64,000 nucleotides of DNA from Candidatus Fermentibacterota bacterium (GTDB taxonomy: Bacteria; Fermentibacterota; Fermentibacteria; Fermentibacterales; JCC-6): positions 704,001 to 768,000 of the forward strand of contig CAWJQI010000004.1 of the NCBI GenBank assembly GCA_963845085.1. The letters run 5' to 3'. Numbering within the stretch: position 1 is the stretch's first letter; the number at the start of each line of letters is the position of its first letter. Shown piece after piece: positions 50,968 through 59,927 of the stretch. The notes under the pieces were generated by a model. That model was not told the origin of the DNA. It searched no databases and saw only the letters and a program-made list of their open reading frames with translations. The translations under genes and the position numbers were made by a program.

Positions 50968-51175
50968 CCGAACAGTCCCGGCATGTTTTTCCACCTGCCT
51001 GAAAGCTACGAATGGATTTCGATCATGCGTAATTTACTCTTACAATCATCCACCGCAATACCTGCGAATTCCCGCTTTCGACGCGATTAAACCAGCAACC
51101 CGGGCACGCATCGATCGTGTCTTCTTGCTGCTGATCACTCTTCATAGCAGAATGAGTTTTGCTCAAGCAGGAATG

Positions 51176-51226
51176 AAAAAGCCGCCGGGGACTCTCCCGG
51201 CGGCCTCTATCCCATCTGGCGGTCCG
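51176..51226 (-). repeat. 51-bp copy of tRNA-Asp 3' end plus terminator (att-like)
   Basis: Identical to 58215-58265. Confidence 0.95.
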
Positions 51227-51401
51227 CAGTGGACACGTTTCGAACTCAAGCTTACTGAGATGTTTCCGACATCACAATTCGTAAAGTGTGTTCATGGTAT
51301 GGCGCCGAAGTATACTCTAAATGCAGAAACAACCAGGAAGTCAGATGTCAATCTGTCAGATGACATCCTGTTTTGCCCCTGGTCCGCTAATCCAGATCCG
51401 A

Positions 51402-52961
51402 CTACCTTACCAGAACCACCCTTGCTGATGCATCAATTCCATCACAGCAGAACCGAAAGAAGTAGACTCCCGAAGCAAGCTGCGAGCCCTGGGAATTGCA
51501 GCCATCCCAAAGCCAGGTAAACTGGCCTGCGGGATTGGATCCAAGTTCCTGTGATCTTACAAGGTGGCCGAAGATATCGTAAACCTCAAGAGTCACCTGT
51601 GACAGACCGGGGGATTGAAAGGAAATGGTTGCGCTGGATGTCATGGGATTAGGCAGAATGCTGAGTTCTTGGAAACCGTTCGGCAGTGGCGCCTCGTCAG
51701 GTGCGTCGACCTCCAGCTCATCGACCCACTTGGCGAAGTAAAGCGACACAATCCCATCTGCCAGAAAGAAGTGGTTTCCAACAGTGGTGAATACACCGCC
51801 CACATAGACATCTGGACCATCTGCCACAATTGCCCGTACAAACTGGCTCACGCCGCAGTCAAGATCCGACCAGGAGTCGCCATCCCAACGGGCGATGCGG
51901 TATGCTGGAACTCCCCCTGCAGTGGTGAAGAAGCCCCCCGCATACACATCGGTGCCGCTCACTTCAATGGAAAAGACTTTGTTGTTCACGCCATCTCCCA
52001 GTGCCGACCAGGAGTTGCCATCCCACCTGGCGATGTGGTTTGCGGAAACTCCGCCAGCTTGATGAAATTCCCCACCGGCGTAAATGTCCGATCCGTTCAC
52101 CGCGATGGCAAGGACCCTCATGTCTACACCACTTCCCAGTGCTGACCAGGAGCTGCCATCCCACCTGGCGATGTGGTTTGCGGAAACTCCGCCAGCTTGA
52201 TGAAATTCCCCACCGGCGTAAATGTCCGATCCGTTCACCGCGATGGCATGGACCCAATCGTCTACACCACTGCCCAAGGCCGACCAGGAAGTACCGTCCC
52301 AAAGGGCAATACAGTGCACAACAACGCCGCCCGCTTGCTCGAAGGATCCTCCCGCATACACATCCGAACCATTCACTGCAATGGTGGTCACAACGTAGCT
52401 GGTGCCACCACCAACACTCGACCAGGAGCTGCCATCCCACCTGGCGATGTGGTTCGCGCTAACCCCACCAGCTTGGTGGAACCAGCCTCCCGCATATACA
52501 TTCGAACCGCACACCGCGATGGCTGTGACATAATTGTCAATGCCACTTCCCAGTGCCGACCAGGAGATGCCATCCCACTTGGCGATGTTGCTTGCAGGCA
52601 TTCCACCCGCTTGTGTGAAGTATCCTCCCACAAACACATCCGAACCACTCACAGCTATCGCAAACAATTCGCCGTTCATACCCTGCCCCCCCGGAGGGTA
52701 ACCAAACCCGTCATACCAGTAACCCGTCGCGCTCTCTTGAAGTAATGGAATAGCATCAATTGTTTCTGATTCATCACCCACGAATACGGGTTCCCCTTCG
52801 GGTCCATAAGTCATGCGAAAACCAAAAGGACTGACACTGCCCGACAAACCGTCAATGAGAGTACCGTCAGGGGCAAGTACAGCAGCAAGTGAAGGATTCG
52901 AGTCGGCCGACGCCAAGGAAACAAGTATCAGAAGCGCGATCCAGAAAAAGAATGCCTTCAT
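51402..52961 (-). CDS. Secreted beta-propeller repeat protein (46-aa repeats) with FlgD/Por-like CTD
   Basis: About 7 repeats of VxAIAVxGSDxYAGGxFxQAGGVxAxxIARWDGxSWSxLGSG; LPNP...YDIFGHLV...WDG. Confidence 0.9.
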   Translation of the reverse strand: MKAFFFWIALLILVSLASADSNPSLAAVLAPDGTLIDGLSGSVSPFGFRMTYGPEGEPVFVGDESETIDAIPLLQESATGYWYDGFGYPPGGQGMNGELFAIAVSGSDVFVGGYFTQAGGMPASNIAKWDGISWSALGSGIDNYVTAIAVCGSNVYAGGWFHQAGGVSANHIARWDGSSWSSVGGGTSYVVTTIAVNGSDVYAGGSFEQAGGVVVHCIALWDGTSWSALGSGVDDWVHAIAVNGSDIYAGGEFHQAGGVSANHIARWDGSSWSALGSGVDMRVLAIAVNGSDIYAGGEFHQAGGVSANHIARWDGNSWSALGDGVNNKVFSIEVSGTDVYAGGFFTTAGGVPAYRIARWDGDSWSDLDCGVSQFVRAIVADGPDVYVGGVFTTVGNHFFLADGIVSLYFAKWVDELEVDAPDEAPLPNGFQELSILPNPMTSSATISFQSPGLSQVTLEVYDIFGHLVRSQELGSNPAGQFTWLWDGCNSQGSQLASGVYFFRFCCDGIDASARVVLVR

Positions 52962-53161
52962 GATCCCTCCTGATCCGACTAAAACGATTCAGATACCAGT
53001 ACCTGCTACTGCCAGAGACTAATCATCACAATAGCAAATCTAAACGGATAGTCAAGGAACGTCGTGGTTCTGACAGAATCACTACTAGCATTGGCAGATA
53101 GCAGTTAATTGCCTATGAGTACCTTTGAGTGGGTCTTGCCATATTTCTTGCATCGAATACA

Positions 53162-53212
53162 AAAAAGCCGCCGGGGACTCTCCCGGCGGCCTCTATCCCA
53201 TCTGGCGGTCCG
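53162..53212 (-). repeat. 51-bp copy of tRNA-Asp 3' end plus terminator (att-like)
   Basis: Identical to 58215-58265. Confidence 0.95.
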
Positions 53213-53415
53213 TGTTGGACGCTTTTCGAACGTATTCACAGCAACCATGTGACTTAGACGGCTTCATCGACGTACAGGTTTGTGTCACAGAGAACGAGCA
53301 TGACTCATCAGCACCCGTTTGTGTCATGCCATCTCTTGACAACTGAATCGCAAAGTATGTAACTTTACTTAGCAGGTTTATTCTCTCAAAGCATTGCCCT
53401 GAAGGGAGTGTTGTC

Positions 53416-56330
53416 GTGTCGAATCCTTCCCCTCACAGACTTGGTATTATCATCCTTAACGTGCTGATCCTGCTCACTCAGTCCCTTTTTGCAGCGGAAC
53501 CAGGGGAGAACACAATTCCCATCATCGGCATGCGGACATCCAACAACGAGTTCTTTTCGGGAATTGGGCTTCGCCTTCTCTGCGAGCTATCCTGGAAGCA
53601 CTTCGACGGCGTTGAGGTGGAGGGGCCGGTGGTTCCTTGGCCTATTGGTGAAAACTGGCAGATGAACCGCGATTTCATAGATCTCTGCGGTGACGCAGGC
53701 ATGCTTCTTGTTCTGGCCCCCTGGGAGGTTTGCCAGTTCTACAACTCTTGGAGCGACAGCACTGCTTACTGGTGCAGGTGGACCGAGGGTTCCACCCCAA
53801 TAACATCAGACAGTTGCTTCGTCAGAATTGCACCGAGATTTTAATTCAATGAACGGGATCAGGTCTGCAATGGTCATGGCAGATACCAGCGAAGTTTATT
53901 CCATTGCCGGTGTGAACAACCAGTTGGCGAGCACTGTGGATACTCTGTCCGCCCTGTGGTGCTACAACGTATACGACGAGGCTCCAGCGCGGCAGCGTAC
54001 CAGAATGATAGAAGGTTCCACGACGTGGGACGATTGGATCCCGAACCTCTTCACACAGGACACACTGAGCAACGGTGATCCTACCCTGACCGAGATAGAA
54101 CCCGCGGGCATCTACTCATGGCAGAAGCATCTTGCCGAGAACAACACCTACCGGGATGTTCCACTCACCATCAACTTCTCACTGCTGCACACCATCAATC
54201 CAGGCGAGTACACAGGCTTCAGCGGCATCAGCGGCGGCACCATGCACCAACAGGCCAATTCGGTCAGAGCGTTGTGCGGAGCATTGTTTCAGGGGCCTCC
54301 GTCCGGCGGAATTACACCGGCCCCTGTCGACAACTCCCCCGGGTTCATCTGCTTCGACTACTACCCGTTCCGTTACGTGGACATGGATTCCGTTGGAACA
54401 ACCCTCTGCGACGACGGCTGGCTCTTCCTTGTTGACCACTGCGAGGAGGGGATGGACTCAACGGTGTTCGCTGCGAGGGAGAGCGGGACCCCTGTGTTCT
54501 TCTACCCCCAGGCCTTCGGAGCTTCCGGAGGACCGCAGCTCCTGGACAGTCAGGGCAATCTGGACTACCATTCCTACAACTACCGCACTCCCGCTCCGCA
54601 GGAGTTCAGGATGCTGTGTCACCTGGCACTGCTACACCAGGCCAAAGGGCTGTTCCCGTACTCGCTGGCAAGCTACATATCGGACCCCGGTGATCCAGCC
54701 GATTCGGACAACTTCATCTGCAACTCGCTTCTCGATCTTCACGGCATACCCTTCGATGCCCCCTACGAGGAGTGGGTGTACACCGGAAGATGGCCGGATA
54801 CGGGTGGCTGGGAAGACGGGTACGAGTACGCCGACCCCGGGGAGCTTCCCCCTTCAGCGCGGGATTCGACCCTCTCTACGAGGTATCGGCAGCACCGGTT
54901 CCAGTGCAGGATGACCCGAAGAACACCGAGAGGTTTCTGACATGGTTCTTCGAGCCCTACTCGAGGCTTTACGACGGCGTTGAGGTTCCCCTTGCAGAAG
55001 CTGCCGTGATTGCACCCGAGATGTCGAACCTCTGGTGGTGGGACGGTTCCCAGGACGTTGCAGTGATGGTCCCCGTACATGACCCCGCGATTTACGACAA
55101 CTACGTTCCCCCCGTGATAAAGGTGTTCCTGGGGCCTGACAGCAGCCACGTCTACATCTACTGCGTGAACCGTTACCTCCGGGATGCCGAGACGGATTAC
55201 ACCGTCTCGATCGTTAAATCCCTGAGTCCCGGCTTTGTATCCGCGACGGTTCTTGACCACAGCAGGCGTTTTCTGATACCGGCTCCGCCGGGGGGCGGGG
55301 CCAACAATGTGTTCTATGCATTCACCGACACTCTGGAAGCCGGTGAGGGCAGGCTGCTGGAGTTTGTCGACTCAAGCATTCCGGCAGACCTCCGGGTGAC
55401 ATCACCGGACGTGTACGCAATCAGGGAAGGCTCTCTGGAGAGGACGAACCGGCTGGTCTGCACAGCGGGTGAAACACTGACCCTCGGAGCCGTGTACTAC
55501 AACATGGGTACTGCAGCCACCGGTAACATCGCAGTTGATCTTCTAAAAGGAGGGTACGCCGTTATATACTGGGCACCGACACAATACGTCTTGGCGGGCT
55601 GTCGGGGTGCTACAGCCCCGACAGCGTGTCTGCGGAGATAGATTGGGAGACCGACATAGACGATGTGGGCGTTCACAGGATAGAGATAAGCGCTGGAAGC
55701 GTGTCAGGTGAGAACACTTCCGACAACTCCGTCACCGTAGCCGTTCTGGTGGAGCCTGCGGACTACTCGTCAGAGGTTCTCGGGAACGCCTGGGACATGA
55801 CGGAGGCGTTGAGCAGCCCGCCGGTCTGGTACACGTCGGACATCGAATCGGTCTCTTCGGGCTGGGACTCCACGGCCTGGACCGATTCCATCAGCGGCAT
55901 GTTCGAGGGGGAACTGAGTGTTCCCGCCCCCGGGCAGCTCTTTGCGGGCGACATCCTTCTCAGTGAAGACAGCGATGAGCCCTTAGACGCGGACGAGTAC
56001 ACGATGCTGAGCCTTGCCGGGGTGTGCATGAATCCCAACATGACTGGCAGCAGTTTCGGTTGCGGCATGTTCCTGTTCTGGAGGGATTCCACGGAAACGG
56101 GGCACATACTTGAGCTTCACGGGAGCAACGGCTTCGGTCGTGGGCTTGGCAACGGCCGTGAGATGTGGAGAGAGTTCGGACCTTTGGACCTGAGCGGAGT
56201 CTCCGGCTGGAACGGCGAGGTTCACGATGTGGGGATAAGGTTCCAGATGGATCCGCCGGGCCAGGGCGTCGTACCCGCTCCCCTGTCCATACGGCTGGGC
56301 TGGATACAGCTGGAGAGGGGGGCGTTGTGA
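53416..56330 (+). pseudogene. Large secreted protein (glycoside hydrolase-like barrel plus CARDB-like domain) broken by about 3 frameshifts
   Basis: Four overlapping plus-strand ORFs (53416-53844, 53828-54940, 54772-55641, 55626-56330); only the first has a signal peptide. Motifs YNVYDEAP, FDYYPF, ALLHQAKGLFPY, ENTSDNSV. Confidence 0.65.
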
Positions 56331-58186
56331 AGGCTCTTGTTCTGCTGCCCTGCTTTCTGTTGCCGGCGTTTCTCTACTCGGGTGAGTCCATTCAGACCAA
56401 CTGGTCTTCAGGTCCTGGAGTAACCGGTCCCGTCACCGATTGGAGCGACTCCTTCGACCTCCACCAGTACATGGACTACGAGGGCACGACGGGAGAGCTG
56501 TACCTGAATCTGAGGGGCGATAAGTATCAGGTTGCCGACCTGGGGGGATATATATGTCCGGGAGTGGTGGCTGACATCAACGGTGATGGTCATCTGGACA
56601 TAGTCTGTGGAACCCAGGGGCTCGGTTACAATTTCAACAAGGCCTACTGGTTCGAGAACGATGGTGCAGGCGGAGGCTGGGAAAGGCATGCGATAAGCAA
56701 TTCAGGGGAGACTTTTATACTTCGATCCGTCTGCGCCGTGGATGTTGACAATGATGGTGACCTGGACGTGGTCGGAGGCGAGGGATCCACTAACTACGAC
56801 AGAAAAATCTATCTCTGGACCAATACCGACGGAACGGGGTTGAACTGGGAGACGAGCATCATCGATGACAATCTTCTCACGGCTCCGATTCGAGTCATAC
56901 CCACGGACATTGATGGAGACGGGAACCAGGACATTCTTGTTCAGAGAGCTGGACCGGATGGGCATCTCGTATGGTATGAGAATCCTGAATCTGTCAGGTT
57001 GGAACCCTTTGATGGATGGACAGAGCACTTCATCGGCTACAAGAGCCCTCAGGACCTTTGTGCCGCAGACATCAACGGCGATGGTTGGATGGATGTGGTC
57101 AGTGCAGCGAACAACAGTCAACCCGGGTACAAGAAGATTTCTTTCTGGGAGAACTTGGACGGAACCGGAGACAATTGGGTGGAGAACTCCATATGCAGCA
57201 GCACTCTTTGGGAGCCATACGCAGTCTGCGCGGCCGATGTCGACAATGATGGAGATCTGGATGTAACTGCCGCTGATTGGACCGAGTGGGTTTCTTGGTT
57301 CGAAAACACTGACGGAACCGGTCACTCATGGGTTGAGAGGCAGGTTGACAATCCTGTTGTATCCGGAACTTCGATAGTGGTGTTCGATGTGGACCTTGAT
57401 GGAGATGCCGACATAGTCGGGGCCTTTCCAACCCAATGTATGGCAGTATGGGAAAACATTGATGGCGCAGGCGGCAACTGGAGAAGGCATTTCGTTGAGT
57501 ATGGTCCCAATTACGTCGGGCTTTCAGTCGGGGACATTGATGGAGACGATACGCTGGATGTGGTGGGGTACGTTGATTCGGGAAGCAACATATCCTGGTA
57601 TCGTCTTGGCTACCCCTCCACTGGAACACTGACCTCCTCGATACTGGACGTGAACAATTACCCCCACTGGCAGGAAGTTCAGTGGCAGGACAGCGTTCCT
57701 GCCGGTTCTTCCCTGAGGTTCCGCGTTCGGAGTTCCAACGATCCCGAAGACATGGGGAGCTGGTCGGGTTACATTGAGGAGCCAGGGAGCCTGTCGGGGT
57801 ATGTTGACAGCACCCACCGTTACCTCCAGTACCGGGTTCACATGGAACCGGCCGGCCGGTTCGTTACCCCCACTCTCTATCAGGTGCTGTTCTACTGGGA
57901 GTGGCTTGGAGTGGAGGGGGCTGAAGGAGTGACACGTCTTCACCCCGTCACCCCCAATCCAAGTTCAGGTCCTGTGGAGATACGGTTCAATCTTGCGGAG
58001 CCGGGTCCCGTTGCGCTTCAGGTGTTCGACCTATGCGGCCGTTTGGTCGCCTTGCCGGTGGACGGCGAGGTGTCGGGCGGTGAACACTCGGTTCAGCTTG
58101 CTTCCATTCCTCCGGGAGCATACTTCGTCAGGATGACGACGGGAGAAGAAGTACTAAGGGAGCGCTTTGTTCTGGTGAGTAACTGA
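56327..58186 (+). CDS. Secreted FG-GAP/VCBS repeat protein with Por-like CTD
   Basis: GTGA overlap start, signal peptide, seven DxDxDG repeats with WFEN, TPNP...FDLCGRLV; paralog of 25582-27393. Confidence 0.9.
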   Translation: MKALVLLPCFLLPAFLYSGESIQTNWSSGPGVTGPVTDWSDSFDLHQYMDYEGTTGELYLNLRGDKYQVADLGGYICPGVVADINGDGHLDIVCGTQGLGYNFNKAYWFENDGAGGGWERHAISNSGETFILRSVCAVDVDNDGDLDVVGGEGSTNYDRKIYLWTNTDGTGLNWETSIIDDNLLTAPIRVIPTDIDGDGNQDILVQRAGPDGHLVWYENPESVRLEPFDGWTEHFIGYKSPQDLCAADINGDGWMDVVSAANNSQPGYKKISFWENLDGTGDNWVENSICSSTLWEPYAVCAADVDNDGDLDVTAADWTEWVSWFENTDGTGHSWVERQVDNPVVSGTSIVVFDVDLDGDADIVGAFPTQCMAVWENIDGAGGNWRRHFVEYGPNYVGLSVGDIDGDDTLDVVGYVDSGSNISWYRLGYPSTGTLTSSILDVNNYPHWQEVQWQDSVPAGSSLRFRVRSSNDPEDMGSWSGYIEEPGSLSGYVDSTHRYLQYRVHMEPAGRFVTPTLYQVLFYWEWLGVEGAEGVTRLHPVTPNPSSGPVEIRFNLAEPGPVALQVFDLCGRLVALPVDGEVSGGEHSVQLASIPPGAYFVRMTTGEEVLRERFVLVSN

Positions 58187-58214
58187 TCCTGTTTGTCCGC
58201 TGTCGAACCGCATG

Positions 58215-58244
58215 AAAAAGCCGCCGGGGACTCTCCCGGCGGCC
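58215..58244 (-). terminator. Rho-independent terminator of tRNA-Asp
   Basis: GCCGCCGGG/CCCGGCGGC stem followed by TTTTT on the minus strand. Confidence 0.88.
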
Positions 58245-58255
58245 TCTATCCCATC

Positions 58256-58332
58256 TGGCGGTCCGGACGAGACTCGAACTCGCAACTTCCGGCGTGACAG
58301 GCCGGTGCTCTAACCGATTGAACTACCGGACC
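58256..58332 (-). tRNA. tRNA-Asp (GTC)
   Basis: GGTCCGGTAGTTCAATCGGTTAGAGCACCGGCCTGTCACGCCGGAAGTTGCGAGTTCGAGTCTCGTCCGGACCGCCA; 77-nt cloverleaf with encoded CCA. Confidence 0.98.
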
Positions 58333-58478
58333 GCGCAAATGGGAGTGGGAATATCTTCAAAAACCAGCTTCTGTCAAGTGCTAAGGCCCCCTGCGGGGTA
58401 TTGCCTTGGAACATGCTGTCGAATAGAATACTATTGGTTTCAGGAAAAGAAATTCTCTGTTTACTGACGGGAGTTAAA

Positions 58479-59078
58479 ATGAGAACATCGCTTATACTGC
58501 TCGCAATGCTTGGTCTTTCAGCCTTTGGTGCCGATGTGGAGATAGGATCGAGCCAGTTTCAGTACAACGCACCACTCTGCGCGAATTGAACTGAATCCTT
58601 GCGCTACCAGGTGGTAGTGCTGGGCAGCGAGATCGGTGATGCCATGACCATCAACTCCATTGCTTTCTACTGCATGTCAGGCGAAACCGTGACATTCAAC
58701 CAGTTCATCGTATACATGGGCGAGGCCTCGGGCAGCGTTCTTGGAAACAACTTCGAAGACAACTACTCCGGCAACAAGGTGACAGTTTACAACCACAACA
58801 ACGTCACCTTTACCCCGAGCGGCGAATGGGTCAACATCCCCCTCGACACTCCGTATTTTTACGACGGAACGGGCAACCTCATCATCGAGATCGGCTGGCC
58901 GGACGGGGTTGATGAGATTTACGCCGGCTGCTGGAGCACATCGGGCAACAGGATGTTGACCTCGTTTTTCGGAAGCCCCACGGGCGACCTTTTCGAGTTC
59001 TGCCCGAACCTTCTTTTTTCGGGAAGCATGAGCCTTGCACCCATGACCTTCGGCTCAATCAAGGCGAGTTTCCAGTAA
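58479..59078 (+). CDS. Secreted CxxU selenoprotein candidate 1 (199 aa, Sec at TGA 58587-58589)
   Basis: GGGAG RBS, signal peptide, PLCAN-U-TESLRYQ in one frame joining ORFs 58401-58589 and 58599-59078; SECIS-like hairpin; C-terminal TFGSIKASFQ. Confidence 0.85.
58601..58620 (+). promoter_or_regulatory. Bacterial SECIS element
   Basis: GCGCUACC-[AGGU]-GGUAGUGC 8-bp stem starting 11 nt after the UGA. Confidence 0.8.
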
Positions 59079-59115
59079 GGGTTTTGTTCCGTTCGTTCTG
59101 ACGATGGGAGGGGCA

Positions 59116-59736
59116 TTGGGCAAATGGACTCTGGCGGTAATGGCTGTTGGTTTTTCAGCCATGGCTGCGGACATCGTCATAGGTTCAAGTGTTTATCCCA
59201 TGGACATTCCACTGTGCGGGCCTTGAAGACCCGCATTGCGCTACCAGGTGGTAGTGCTTGGAAGCGAAATCGCTGACGCAATGACGATAGAATCACTGAC
59301 ATTCAACGCTTCGGAGAGCACGGGAGATTACTCGAGTTTCCAGCAGTACTACGTTTACATGGGCCCCACTACCCTCAGCAGCCTGGGAACAGATTTCGAT
59401 GACAACTATTCCGGGCCGAGGATCAAGGTATTCGACCACTCCAACGTTACCCACTACAACATAGGCGGAGTTGTCACCATACCCCTCGATACACCGTACT
59501 TCTACAATGGCCAGGATAACTTCATCATCGAGATCAACTACTTCGGCGGCGACATCGAACCAAACTCAAGCGTGTACTCAATGTACTGCTCCGTGGATAC
59601 TGACCGGATGCTTCATGCCTACTCCTTCGATGCGACAACGGGAACGACCGAGCGAGCACTTCCACATCTGATGATGACCGGCACCATGGATCTTGATGCC
59701 TGCACATTTGGTGGAATCAAGGCAAGCTTTCAGTAG
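59116..59736 (+). CDS. Secreted CxxU selenoprotein candidate 2 (206 aa, Sec at TGA 59224-59226)
   Basis: TTG start after GGGAGG (alternative ATG 59104), signal peptide, PLCGP-U-RPALRYQ, same hairpin; C-terminal TFGGIKASFQ. Confidence 0.85.
59238..59257 (+). promoter_or_regulatory. Bacterial SECIS element
   Basis: Identical to 58601-58620, again 11 nt after the UGA. Confidence 0.8.
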
Positions 59737-59927
59737 CTCTGTGTAACCGGTGCGGGCAGCGTTCCTCTGATTCTCAGTGAGACCCAAAGGAATGCTGCCC
59801 TTTCTGTTTCTGTTTGGAGGAGACGCGGAATGGAATAGCTCTTCCTCGGATATGATAGTATCGTTGCACAGATGTTCGAAAACCTGACAGGCGATGTTTT
59901 GCATCACATCAAGGGGGTCGAGGCCTG

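Noticed and set aside
40471..58265. 51-bp repeats as a CRISPR array or integron attC sites
   Set aside because: Spacing is kilobases, the repeat equals the tRNA 3' end plus terminator, and no cas or intI gene is present.
58587..59226. Alternative genetic code (UGA = Trp/Gly) or plain pseudogenes as explanation of the in-frame TGAs
   Set aside because: Many conserved genes here end at TGA at their natural C-termini (fhs, tupB, tupC, trkH), and Trp uses TGG. The same TGA position in two diverged paralogs plus a conserved hairpin argues against random nonsense mutations.
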